Positions 28,195-38,248 of a DNA stretch of 64,000 nucleotides are shown here, in pieces. Within the stretch, counting starts at the first letter, position 1; each line of letters starts with the position of its first letter. The DNA comes from a virus: positions 1-64,000 of the IMG/VR virus record IMGVR_UViG_3300009551_000007; one strand, written 5' to 3'. A model generated the notes under the pieces. The model did no database searches. It was not told where the DNA came from and saw only the letters and a program-made list of their open reading frames with translations. The position numbers and the translations under genes were made by a program.

Positions 28195-31100
28195 TCACTT
28201 GAGTTCGATGCCTGTTTTGGGGGACAGGCCGCCCGTGAGTTGGTTCATATGTATGTGGAGCTTGTCGCCGACCTTTTCCACCTTAGTGACTTGGTACTGG
28301 GCGTTATGGTTGATCAATAGCTCCGTCTCGGTGGGAAAGTGCGAGTACGGGCGGACGTCGAGACCGTGTATGGCTTGGATCACGAACTGGACGTTGCCGT
28401 TGAATGCTTTATCAGTGGACGTCGAGGTGAACCCCGGCATCGTCGCGGCGGTCTTACCGTCTATCGACGCTTGTGCTGCACTTTGGAGTCGCTTCAGCGT
28501 CGCCTCGTCCACGCTAATGCCCCGCTTCACCTGAATTGGGGGCGGGCCGAACGGCTTGGCTGCAGCGAACTGCTTCTGTAAGTCGTTGTACATGTCCGGA
28601 CCGTTCTTATTCGGCTTACTCCCCGCACCACCGAACTTGCCTTTAGGCGGCTTGTCGGTGTTCCGGAGCGACTCGTTCATTGGCCCGTCGTAGCCCCAGG
28701 TGTAATTATTGATATGGGAGGCGGTCCGTTCGTCGGCCACGGGCGGTCGCGTATGGTCCGGTAACTTCGAGTTCGGCTCACCCGTCACCGCGTCGTCTTT
28801 CGCGTGTACCGCTTTGATGTGGGGGTTTTGTGCCTCGAACGCCAATGTTGACTTCGTGTCGTACTGGCCGGCGTTCGGGTCGAGCACGTGAGCGGTCGGC
28901 GAATTGTGAATTGTCGGTAGTTCCGAGGGCGATTTACTCCCGTGTATGACTTGGTTGTCATGGGTCTTAGCGTGGTTACTGTTGCCGTTCGCTTTAATAT
29001 TGATGCGTGACGCCGCTTGCAGCCTGCCGGTTACGTGACTGAGATCATTGGCCAGATTTAAGTTGGCACCGAAATACGCCGCCACGCTCTTGATTTGGTC
29101 GGGGCTCAGGTTCGTTAGGTGCTTGGCTATGTCGTCGGTCTTGCTATTGCCTACCGGCATGCTATGGAAATCTGCCTCTATCGCGTGAATGGCTTTCTTA
29201 GCTTCAGGGGTAACGTGGGCAAGTTTAGCAGCGTCACCGAGGACGTGATGACCGTGCTCGTTCTTGGGGGCGGACTGCGTCGTGGCCGTCGAACCCGGCG
29301 GGAACGGGAGGTCATGTAGGTTCGGCTTGGGCATCGTCGCCGCCGTCTGACCGACCGGGCTATTGTGTTCGGTCGCGGTCGGCGGGAGCGGCGGCGCGGC
29401 CTTCTTCACCGACGTGACGACCGCACTGTGGCCCGCTACGGCCGCAATCGCTTCCGGCGTGATGTCTTTCTTCGTGACGTACTTGCCGGTGATCTTCGTG
29501 CCCGCTGGGAGTACCTTACCCAGCTTCTCCAGCTGCTTCGCGTTCTCCTTACCCACTGGGATTGTCGGGGCTTTGAACTTGCCGTCCTGAATGCCGTTCG
29601 GGTTCAGCAGGGCGATTTTATGGAGGTCCAGTTCGGTGAACGCAGCACCACTGGCCTTGAGGTGAGCAACTAGACCGGACGCCGAGCTCAAGTCATGCGT
29701 GCCGCCCGAATGGGACGGGGACGTAACCGGGGGCGAATGGACCGGTGGGGTAGGCGTCGGCGGCGGCGACACGGGCGGATGACTAACGGCGGGCGGTCCG
29801 GACGGCGGATGAGCGGTCGGCGCGTGAGACGGTGACCCGTGGACGGGGTTCGGTAGAGGTAGCCCGGCGTGAATCGTCGCAGTGCCCGACTCGCCCTTGA
29901 AAGTGATATGGACGAACCCGGCTTGGGTATGGGACACGGACGCGACCTCTTTCACTTTACCCGATGCACCCGTGTACTTGTCCCCCGGCTTCAGTTCGCC
30001 GTAGGTCTTCGGGTCATGATGAGCGAAGGTGCAACCCGGCCCACTGAACTGGTTGCAGCCCTTTGGGTTATTGTTGATAATGAAAGCGTCGATGGTGCCG
30101 AGTGCCGCACTGAGGAGGTTATTGATTGGCACGTTAGACGGCTGTTCGGGCGCGAAGGTGTTTAGGCCGGTGACGAACTTGCGGTCACCGTTAGCATTGT
30201 CTTGGGTCGGCATGAAGTCGCGTAACATGAGGTCGATTCCCTCCACTGGGCAGGTACATTGTTCGTGGGCTTGGTTGACGAGCGGCCCGTCGGGGCGGGC
30301 GACGGCCACCGGCGTGTTCACAAAGAATTCGTCGCCGCCGGCCTTGTCGGACTTTATGAACGCGCTGACGATCTTACCTTTCGTGTCCTTGGTCCCTTTA
30401 CCCGTCTGACCCAGATTCGGCACCCAGGCACAACGACAGCGCGGGTGACGGGGAATCTTGCCGCGTGCTTCGGCCACCGTTAGAACGACGCCGCCTAACG
30501 GGGCACACAGAGGGCATACGCGACCGTCGTGAGCCGTCGTCCATTCGACTGCGACGCCGACCGTCTCGATGCCCATGCGGTCGAAAGCGTCCAACTGACC
30601 CTCGGCATGTGCCCGGATGATCTCGGTGCGGGCGATCACGACGGCGCGGGTCTTCGTTAGTCCGATCTGCTTCACCATCTGGCGTGCGATTTCGTCGGGC
30701 GAACTGCCGGCAGTCAACCCGTCGGCGAGGACGCGCGCCAGATCGGTCGACATCTGTTCGTTAATCCCGTCGAGGTGAGTGAACGTCCGCGTGACGAGGA
30801 AATTCACCTTTTCGACGGGCGTCTTTAGACCGAACGACTGTTTCAAGAACTCGTCCTTGGCCTGGTCGATTTCCTTACCTTGGGCCTTGTCCGCGGCACG
30901 GACGTCGCCGAACGCTTTACCGACGCCCTTCAGGTACGCTTGCTTCACGTAATCGAGCCAAGACGCCTTCTCGGTCGGGCCACTCACGAGCGTCTTAATC
31001 TTGGTTTTCACCCAGTCGAGGAACCCACTCACCTTGTCGGCGAGCGACGAGAACTGCCATGCGTTCGTTGTGAACGGGTTCGGTGCCGGCTTCAGGCCGA

Positions 31101-31296
31101 ATGCGTCGGCTGAAACGACGAGTTGCTTGATCTCGGCGGCTAGGAGGTTGTACCGCTTACCGGCGAACGCCACAAGCGCGTTCCGGAGCGAGATAGTGCG
31201 GGTCGGGTCGAGGTTGGCTGCCGTCGCCGAAGTGATCGCGAGCTTAGCGGGCGGTAAACGTGACGCGCCCCGCATAAGACGTTTACGCATACTCAC
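28195..31296 (-). CDS. MuF (SPP1 gp7-like) minor head protein fused to C-terminal ADP-ribosyltransferase
   Basis: RAVVIARTE, DGRVCPLC, PRHPRCRC (MuF); YT...MNESLR, VKRG, GFTSTS, ETELL (R-S-E ART, VIP2-like). Confidence 0.88.
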   Translation of the reverse strand: MSMRKRLMRGASRLPPAKLAITSATAANLDPTRTISLRNALVAFAGKRYNLLAAEIKQLVVSADAFGLKPAPNPFTTNAWQFSSLADKVSGFLDWVKTKIKTLVSGPTEKASWLDYVKQAYLKGVGKAFGDVRAADKAQGKEIDQAKDEFLKQSFGLKTPVEKVNFLVTRTFTHLDGINEQMSTDLARVLADGLTAGSSPDEIARQMVKQIGLTKTRAVVIARTEIIRAHAEGQLDAFDRMGIETVGVAVEWTTAHDGRVCPLCAPLGGVVLTVAEARGKIPRHPRCRCAWVPNLGQTGKGTKDTKGKIVSAFIKSDKAGGDEFFVNTPVAVARPDGPLVNQAHEQCTCPVEGIDLMLRDFMPTQDNANGDRKFVTGLNTFAPEQPSNVPINNLLSAALGTIDAFIINNNPKGCNQFSGPGCTFAHHDPKTYGELKPGDKYTGASGKVKEVASVSHTQAGFVHITFKGESGTATIHAGLPLPNPVHGSPSHAPTAHPPSGPPAVSHPPVSPPPTPTPPVHSPPVTSPSHSGGTHDLSSASGLVAHLKASGAAFTELDLHKIALLNPNGIQDGKFKAPTIPVGKENAKQLEKLGKVLPAGTKITGKYVTKKDITPEAIAAVAGHSAVVTSVKKAAPPLPPTATEHNSPVGQTAATMPKPNLHDLPFPPGSTATTQSAPKNEHGHHVLGDAAKLAHVTPEAKKAIHAIEADFHSMPVGNSKTDDIAKHLTNLSPDQIKSVAAYFGANLNLANDLSHVTGRLQAASRINIKANGNSNHAKTHDNQVIHGSKSPSELPTIHNSPTAHVLDPNAGQYDTKSTLAFEAQNPHIKAVHAKDDAVTGEPNSKLPDHTRPPVADERTASHINNYTWGYDGPMNESLRNTDKPPKGKFGGAGSKPNKNGPDMYNDLQKQFAAAKPFGPPPIQVKRGISVDEATLKRLQSAAQASIDGKTAATMPGFTSTSTDKAFNGNVQFVIQAIHGLDVRPYSHFPTETELLINHNAQYQVTKVEKVGDKLHIHMNQLTGGLSPKTGIELK

Positions 31297-32961
31297 TTAC
31301 CTCCCAACTGGCCGGAAGCTGCGGCGTCGGACGCGGCCGCGCTTCCCTGGGAAGAACCTACCGACCCTTGTTGTGATGGGTTGGGTTGGGAGGCGTCGGG
31401 GCCGATGGGGTTGCCGTTGGCGTCCACTTGTTGGGATACCACCGCTTGTGCTTGTTCTTCGGCCTGGGCCTGGGCGTTCGCCTTGTCCGCGTTGTCGACG
31501 ATGGACTTCGCCTCCTCCATGTCGAACTGTTGCACGAGCGTCCAGTAGTCGAGCGGCGTGATGTATTGCTGCAAGCCGCCGGTCGAGTACGCGGTCAGGC
31601 CTTGGGTTATCGTGAGTGCTGCCTGTGCCTTCTCTTGGTCGCTCTTGCTCGTGAGGTCGGGCCATTCGACCTTGTAACCGTCGGCCGGTTCCGAGAGGAC
31701 GCCCAGGTAGATCAGGCGGTCCACGAACGGGATGACGATGCGGGGAGTGATGTAGTTGTCTTGTCGCTCACTCAGCCGGTCGTTCCATGCCTTGTCGTCT
31801 TGGTTCGAGGCGAGTTCGCCGCGCTCCGAACCTTTGAAGATGCGGACGGGCATGCCCATCTTGATACAAATGGTCTCGATCATCTTGTCGATCTGCGGGG
31901 ACGGGTCAACCACCTGGGTCGGGAGCGAGGTGGCGTCCATGTTCTGGAGCGCGATCCATCGCTGGAGGTCGTTCTCGTACTTCCACATCATCTGACGGAC
32001 TGCGGCCTTGTCGACGGGGATTTCTGCCGCCTGGGATTGCGTTTTCAGCGCGATGCCGGCGAACGCGCCCTTCCAGTACATCTCAGGGCTGGAGAGGAGC
32101 AGCTTCATCAGGCCTTCGAGCGGGTACCACACTGGCCTCTGGCGTGGGACGGCGAGGAAGTCTATCGACGACGGCTGGTGATGAATATCGGCGACGTGGA
32201 TGACGCGCGTCCAGTGGATCTCGGACGTAGAGTTGGGCGGGAGGACGCCGGACGTCGACTCGAACCTGTCCTCTAGCGTCGCCGGCACTCGTCACCTGGT
32301 ACGACAGTGGCCGCCCGTACCGGGGCGACGTCGGGTCAGTGTCGTACTTACTAATCTTGCATTCGTAGTCGGAGTACACCTGTAGGAAGTTGAGTTTCTG
32401 CCCCTTCCTAGGCTTGGCGGGCTGGAGGAGGTCGGCGGCACCGTCGGCGAGACCGAGGAGGACCAGACCAAACTGACCGATGCCGCTCATAATGTCGGCG
32501 CGGGTTAATGGTTCCCATATGGCCGTGGCGTCGTCGTCATTGTAGTGCGACGGGATGCCGTTGGAGAGGAGCTGTTTCGATAGTGCCTTCCAGTCCTTCT
32601 CGAACGGCGTCGTCGCCTTGCCCGATTCCTTCTCGTACACGCACGGACACACCTGCCATGACTCCTTCGGCAGTACCTCGACGACCCGCCCGCCGACCGG
32701 GTTGTACTGGAACATCTCCATGTACTTTTGCGGCGTCACGGTATGCGGTTCGTCGACACGACACGCCGAGTACAGGTTCCGCGACTTGTCGGACAGCGCG
32801 TTAATCAGCCAGTCCTGGCGTGACTGAATATTGACGACGAGGTGCCGTAACTGGGCGTCGTTCATGCTCTCGAAATTGGGCGCGAACCGGGGCGAGTAGT
32901 CGGCCGGCATTTCCGGGTACGCACTACCGGTCGCGTTAGCCGTGCCGTTTCCTTCGGACAT
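31293..32961 (-). CDS. Portal protein (DUF1073-like), split by a frameshift near 32290
   Basis: N-part 32961 to about 32290 (SPRYGRP..YQVT) and C-part in another frame (IHWTRVIHVAD, MPVRIFKGSERGELAS, W...L.ERQ). Confidence 0.85.
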
Positions 32962-33033
32962 GTCTACCTTTCGCTTAGGGGAGATCGTGCCGCTACGAAC
33001 GAACGGCGTGCCAGAAACCGGGTTTAACCTTGA

Positions 33034-33393
33034 TCACATCGGCTTCGGGTTTAACCCGGCCGCGCCCCGTTTCGCGGCGTCTTCGACCGACTGCCATACC
33101 GCGACGTCTTCGGCGTAGTACGCCTCGAACATGGCACGGACCGCTTCGATGGCGGCCTGCTCGCTCGTACCCGGTTCGACGTCGTGCTGGAATAGGGGGT
33201 AGTATTTTCCACCCACGACCATCTTGTCTACGTGCCCGTCGCGGACCCAAATCACCTTCGACCGCCCGCCGTCCCACGGCACGAGGTACTCGTGGACCGT
33301 CATGCCCTTGTGAGTGAAGACACACCTCGGTAGCACCTTGCCGGCTATCAATCGGTCGGCGATTGATTCGTCCGTCGTGTCGCCCTTCGCCAT
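33034..33393 (-). CDS. Hypothetical protein
   Basis: MAKGDTT..., AAGGTG SD. Confidence 0.6.
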   Translation of the reverse strand: MAKGDTTDESIADRLIAGKVLPRCVFTHKGMTVHEYLVPWDGGRSKVIWVRDGHVDKMVVGGKYYPLFQHDVEPGTSEQAAIEAVRAMFEAYYAEDVAVWQSVEDAAKRGAAGLNPKPM

Positions 33394-33464
33394 GATATCA
33401 CCTTTTGAGTTGAGTGGGCGAACCCGTATCGTAGTACGGGCGGCTAGACCCAACTAGGGTTGAA

Positions 33465-33710
33465 TTAAAACATCGGCTTCTTGTCGTCCTTGTACCGTTC
33501 GAGTTGCTTCTTCTCCTCAGATAGTTTCTTATTGGCCTCCTTGAGAGAGGCGACGTCCGACAAGAGGCGGTCGCGCTGGAACGCGAGCCGCCGAAACACG
33601 TTGATTGCCTTCTCATTCAGCCGACCGTACCTGGCGGCTTCGAGGACCGCCGCGAGTTCGACGTCACTCGGCGGGTCTTCGAGGAACGTCATGTTGCTAC
33701 CGTCGCTCAT
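33465..33710 (-). CDS. Hypothetical coiled-coil protein
   Basis: 81 aa, AAGGAG SD. Confidence 0.65.
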   Translation of the reverse strand: MSDGSNMTFLEDPPSDVELAAVLEAARYGRLNEKAINVFRRLAFQRDRLLSDVASLKEANKKLSEEKKQLERYKDDKKPMF

Positions 33711-33734
33711 TCTAGCTCCTTGGTTAGTCGTCAG

Positions 33735-35441
33735 CTATGAGGCACATATGCCTGCTTTACAGTCGTCGGGCTTGGCCATGTCGGACGGCTCGTAGGTTTC
33801 TTCGATCTCCTCGCCGATGCGCTGGACTGCTTCCTTCCAACTCACACGGTTGAGGGGTTGACCGCCGCGACATTCGTCCGGGTAGGCGGTAATGCCCCTC
33901 AGTGTCGGCAGGTACTTAAGGAGTTTATCACCGAACGACTTAATCGTGCCCTCATTGTTCACCGAGCTGCCCCACTTCGGAATGTTGATCGTCGAGGCGA
34001 TGCCCTGGTCGACGTAGGATTGCATGTCGGACTGGAACTTGATGCGGCGCTCGACGTCCTCTGCGAGTTCGTAGGCGTCCTCGATGAGTGCCGGGTCGGT
34101 CTTCTTGTCGTTGATGATCCTGGCTGCGGTCGCGTCGATCACGTACTGGTAGACCGACTTGTTGCCGTCCCGTAAGTACCGGCGCTTGTAGGCCACGGCG
34201 TAGATCGGTTCGATGCCGCTGGTGGTTTCGGCGACGATTGAGATGGTCCCGGTCGGCGCGATGGACCGACAAGCGACCGGGCGGGCGATGCCGAACTTGT
34301 CGGCGAAGTCGTCGGCGGCTTTTCGCGTGAGGGTCTCGTACACCGTCATCCACTTACCCAGTTCGCTCATGTCGCCGTACCGGTAGCCGCGCGCGAGGAG
34401 CCATTCGTGCACGCCCATTAACCCCAGTCCAATCCGGCGGTTCTTCTCGCGGACGACAGCCATCCTGTCCGTCGGCATCTTGCTGTACAATGTCCCGCAA
34501 AGTAAGAACAGCACCAGGTCGGGTATCGCGTCGGCGAACTGTTCAATCGTGGAGAACCGTGCCATGTTGATCGAACCGAGGTTACAGCAGTCGGAGTCGT
34601 CGTGGCTGTCGACCTCCGTACAGGCGTTTCGGAGGTCACTGAGGTGGCCGTGGAGGTCGGGGTCCATCATGTCGACCGAGAAGCCCGGTTCGGCGGTCTC
34701 GCACATCTGTCGGACCACTAGCCAGTAGACCTTACAGGCCCATTCATGCGTGACGACGTGTTCGCCGGCCCAATGACGGTAGACCTTTCTCCAGTTCGGG
34801 TCGGCCATGGCGGCGAAGAAGTCGCGGTCCAGTCCGACGGAGATGTTGGTGCCGTCCATTGGCGCCGGGAACAGGAAGTTCTTCGCCTTCTCCCGCTTAT
34901 ACACTTCAGCCCAATTCTTCATGCCAACGTACTTGAAAACGTCTGGGTGAGCCCAGTGCAGGCCGGCCCAGATCGCCGCACGCCGCGACCCGCCTTGCAT
35001 AATGTGGCGACCGGCTTCGTTGACCATCTGCATGAGCGACAATGGGCCGGTCGAAGTGCCACCCATGCCGCGAATGTACGCGCCCTCGTGCCGCAGACCG
35101 GAGTACACGCAGCCGACGCCGCCGCCGGTCATTAACGCCGACGTCACCTTATGCATCAAGTCTGCCCAGCCCTCGCGGGAGTCTTCGGCGCGAAACAGGA
35201 AGCAGTTGTTGACTTGCGGGTAGGGTCGGCCCGACGAGTACAGGTAGCGACCACCGGGCATGAACATGCGGTCTTGTATGTAGCCGACGACTTTATGCGT
35301 CGCCTCGGGCGCGTACCCGTCCATGACGCTGTGAGCCACTCTCCGGGCCGTGTCGGGCCATTCCTCCTTCATGTTCGTGTTGATACTGTGGGAGTATTTG
35401 CTGAGGTAAATCGACCGGGCGAACTCAGACATAGGCACCAT
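33735..35441 (-). CDS. nrdJ: Class II (adenosylcobalamin-dependent) ribonucleotide reductase
   Basis: PGGRYL, NNCF, NACTE, CNLGSIN, IAPTGTIS, C-terminal CKAGIC; no beta subunit gene in the window. Confidence 0.88.
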   Translation of the reverse strand: MVPMSEFARSIYLSKYSHSINTNMKEEWPDTARRVAHSVMDGYAPEATHKVVGYIQDRMFMPGGRYLYSSGRPYPQVNNCFLFRAEDSREGWADLMHKVTSALMTGGGVGCVYSGLRHEGAYIRGMGGTSTGPLSLMQMVNEAGRHIMQGGSRRAAIWAGLHWAHPDVFKYVGMKNWAEVYKREKAKNFLFPAPMDGTNISVGLDRDFFAAMADPNWRKVYRHWAGEHVVTHEWACKVYWLVVRQMCETAEPGFSVDMMDPDLHGHLSDLRNACTEVDSHDDSDCCNLGSINMARFSTIEQFADAIPDLVLFLLCGTLYSKMPTDRMAVVREKNRRIGLGLMGVHEWLLARGYRYGDMSELGKWMTVYETLTRKAADDFADKFGIARPVACRSIAPTGTISIVAETTSGIEPIYAVAYKRRYLRDGNKSVYQYVIDATAARIINDKKTDPALIEDAYELAEDVERRIKFQSDMQSYVDQGIASTINIPKWGSSVNNEGTIKSFGDKLLKYLPTLRGITAYPDECRGGQPLNRVSWKEAVQRIGEEIEETYEPSDMAKPDDCKAGICAS

Positions 35442-35571
35442 GGTAGCCGTCTCCGTACAGCCCTCGCCCGTAGTGGGCGATAGGCGGGTTTTTCACAGGC
35501 GGATAAAAACTGAACGAGACGGTATAATACGAGATTTTGCTTTATCGCGTTTTCCCTAAATCCTTTCTCGC

Positions 35572-36450
35572 TCAACTCTTACGCTCGATACGGATGAATG
35601 GTTCGTCCACGATCAGTAACGTGGTGGGCGGCGTGTCCGAGGCGGTCTGATTGACTTCGCCCTTTGCGTAATGGAACGGAGTCTCCTGGGAGGAATTAAC
35701 CGGTGCCGGAGTTGGTATGCTCTCTCGGTTCGGCATGTTGACGTAGCCATTAACTGACCCGCCGCTAACAGTTTCGACTCGTTTGTCCTGTTCGGCTGCT
35801 GGTTCGCCCCTTTCGACGCCCATGAGCACGTCCGGCGGGACCGCGAAGCCTTTGATAGTGATTTGCTTGGCTTTGTCTAAGTCCCATTCGAGAGGTGGGT
35901 ACTCGCTACATACTACGCCCTCGTGCCCTACGTGAACCTTCTCGACCTCCTCCCGCATCTTGAGTACGGCATAGTGAATGTCGTCCGGCTTCATGTCTTT
36001 CACTTCGTACCGCTTCCCGAAGTTGTCGACGAGAGTACAAGGGGACTTGACGATGGGCGGGCCACTGGCGCGAAGCGTCTTCAGATCGAAGTTGAACGGG
36101 GCGTGGTGGATTGGCAATGGGAAGTCGAGACCGAGACGAGTGAAGAACGTCTCGCGGCGGCGTTCTAGCCGGACGCCCTCGAATATTAACTGTGAATCGA
36201 GGAGCGGCGGCGTCTCTAATGGTTTCAGTACCGGGAACGACGGATGGTAAATGAGCAACTCGAACGAGCAGCTTTCCCAACTGGCGTTGACGGACACGAC
36301 ATGGGCGTCGGCGGGAATCTCCGAGCCACCAGCAGGCACGTACAAGCAAGAGCAGTTGCGCGAATCGCGAATCATGGTTAGCATTTCTCGCGCGCCGACG
36401 CGGACGCGCTTCACGCGGAGCAACTTCTCGTCAATCATTTCTTCGTTCAT
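35572..36450 (-). CDS. Hypothetical protein
   Basis: 292 aa, AGGAG SD. Confidence 0.7.
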   Translation of the reverse strand: MNEEMIDEKLLRVKRVRVGAREMLTMIRDSRNCSCLYVPAGGSEIPADAHVVSVNASWESCSFELLIYHPSFPVLKPLETPPLLDSQLIFEGVRLERRRETFFTRLGLDFPLPIHHAPFNFDLKTLRASGPPIVKSPCTLVDNFGKRYEVKDMKPDDIHYAVLKMREEVEKVHVGHEGVVCSEYPPLEWDLDKAKQITIKGFAVPPDVLMGVERGEPAAEQDKRVETVSGGSVNGYVNMPNRESIPTPAPVNSSQETPFHYAKGEVNQTASDTPPTTLLIVDEPFIRIERKS

Positions 36451-36463
36451 CCGAATCTCCTAG

Positions 36464-38248
36464 TTAGAACCCGCCGGCGTACCCTGCGTTGGACGGGCGT
36501 TCGAGCATGGCATGAATCGCTAAGGCGAGCGAGTCGAGTTCGTCGGGCGAGCGACCGAGGAGCGACTTGAGCGTCTGCCCCTTGTAGTTCGGGTTGGGCT
36601 TATCTTTCGGGATCATGTAGGTGCGGCCCTCGGCGTCGATCTTCAGCGGTATGGGCGACATTTGACGGTGGAGTTCGCCGTACTCACGGCCAATGCCGAA
36701 CCCGTGGAGTTGTGTCCCTCCGAGGGTCGGCGACACTGTGTTCTCGGCGATCTCCGTGGCGCGGTACGCCATTGAGACACGGTCCAGTTCCACGCCGTCC
36801 TCACTGTACCGCTTTTCCTTCATCGTCTCGTATGCCGTGAGCGCGGCGGCAGCCTCTAGCCGCGACGGGTCGATCAGTTCGCGAATGGTTCCGTACAACT
36901 GTGCCCGACGGTTCTTGAACGAGTACCGCTGCTCGCGGATGCCGAGGCGCTCACTCAGTGTCGACTTGCTCCGCTTCGGGTCGGTCGCTATCGGTTCGCC
37001 GAACGCCACGGTGCGGACGCCGTAGCCCTTCTCGCGGAGTGCGTCGGCGTGCTGCAGGCCGTTCCCACGGTCGAAGCAGACCAGTTCCGGCGCGAGGTCG
37101 AACTCCCTCATCATGGCTATGGTCATAGACGGGATCACGGCAGTGTTGGGCGTCTTATGCGACAACTGTTTCATCACGCCGTACCGGTCGACGATTGTCC
37201 ATACCGTGTAGTCGCCGCCTTCCGCCGGGTCCACGCCCATGCCTTCCGCGGCGCGACGGATCAGGCCGCGCTTCACTTGATCGTCAATCCAGTCGGCCCA
37301 TTCTTCGGCCTTGAGTGTCCAGTGCGGGGGATACAGCAGGACGTCGGCCCCCTTCCAGAACTTGGCGTGTAGCCCAATCGACTGGCGGATGAGGGGCCAG
37401 GTCTTCAGCCTCTCCTGGTACACGAACCACGGCATAACCCCCGGCACGATCACCTCACCGGTCGGCTTCATACCGGCGGCGATCTGGGCACGGGCGTACT
37501 TCACGTTCGGCGAATCCTCGGCAGTGATCGTAATCACTTTACGTAGTTTACCCGGACGCGGGTCATCGGTCGGTCGCTCGACGTCGCCCGGCTTCTCCTT
37601 CGTGCCGTCCTCCCGCGAACCGCCCTCGACGGCGCGGTGAAAGAAGTTCTCACACGGGAACGGGTTGCCGATGGCGAGGCGGCGATGTGCCCATGAATCC
37701 GCTGCGTCCCAACCTACGTCGTCGACGCCGGACGCTTCGTCAGCAATGAATAGCGTGCGTGGGACCGGCGGGAACTCGCCCGGCACTTCGGGCACATGGT
37801 GACCCAGTAAGCCTTCGCCCTTCTTCGCGACCCGGCCCCGCAGGTAGCTCTTGGGATGGAGTTTACCCTTGAGCGGTCCGTTCGTGTACACGCGGCGGAT
37901 TTCCAGATCATTAACCAACAGTGGCCCGCCCTTGCTCGCCTCCAGCGGGAACCGGGCGCTTTGAATCAGGTTCCGTATTTCCCCCCAGAGGACGCCGTTC
38001 AGCTGCATTTCGTCCACCGACGTCGTTATCACACGGCACGGGTAGCGGGTCAGGAAGAACCACAGTGCTATGAAGGCAGCAGTGAAGTCCTTCCCTAGCA
38101 TGTTACCGGCCACGCAGACCGTGTCGCGGTTGTCCTGCACGGAGTATATCAGTTCACGCTCTCGGTCGTAGAACTGAATATGCGGCCACATGATCCGCTG
38201 GAAGCGGAGCGGGTCGACAATGTAGGTGAAGTTGTTACGGTCGGCCAT
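36464..38248 (-). CDS. terL: Terminase large subunit
   Basis: AGNMLGKDF (Walker A), FIADEASG (Walker B), IGNP, GVDPAEGGD and SPDELDSL nuclease motifs; start at TAATG overlap. Confidence 0.92.
   Translation of the reverse strand: MADRNNFTYIVDPLRFQRIMWPHIQFYDRERELIYSVQDNRDTVCVAGNMLGKDFTAAFIALWFFLTRYPCRVITTSVDEMQLNGVLWGEIRNLIQSARFPLEASKGGPLLVNDLEIRRVYTNGPLKGKLHPKSYLRGRVAKKGEGLLGHHVPEVPGEFPPVPRTLFIADEASGVDDVGWDAADSWAHRRLAIGNPFPCENFFHRAVEGGSREDGTKEKPGDVERPTDDPRPGKLRKVITITAEDSPNVKYARAQIAAGMKPTGEVIVPGVMPWFVYQERLKTWPLIRQSIGLHAKFWKGADVLLYPPHWTLKAEEWADWIDDQVKRGLIRRAAEGMGVDPAEGGDYTVWTIVDRYGVMKQLSHKTPNTAVIPSMTIAMMREFDLAPELVCFDRGNGLQHADALREKGYGVRTVAFGEPIATDPKRSKSTLSERLGIREQRYSFKNRRAQLYGTIRELIDPSRLEAAAALTAYETMKEKRYSEDGVELDRVSMAYRATEIAENTVSPTLGGTQLHGFGIGREYGELHRQMSPIPLKIDAEGRTYMIPKDKPNPNYKGQTLKSLLGRSPDELDSLALAIHAMLERPSNAGYAGGF

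Noticed and set aside
35445-35570. NrdR box or cobalamin riboswitch upstream of nrdJ; 68-aa ORF 35369-35575
   Set aside because: No match to the NrdR consensus or B12-box recognised; the small ORF overlaps nrdJ and lacks support
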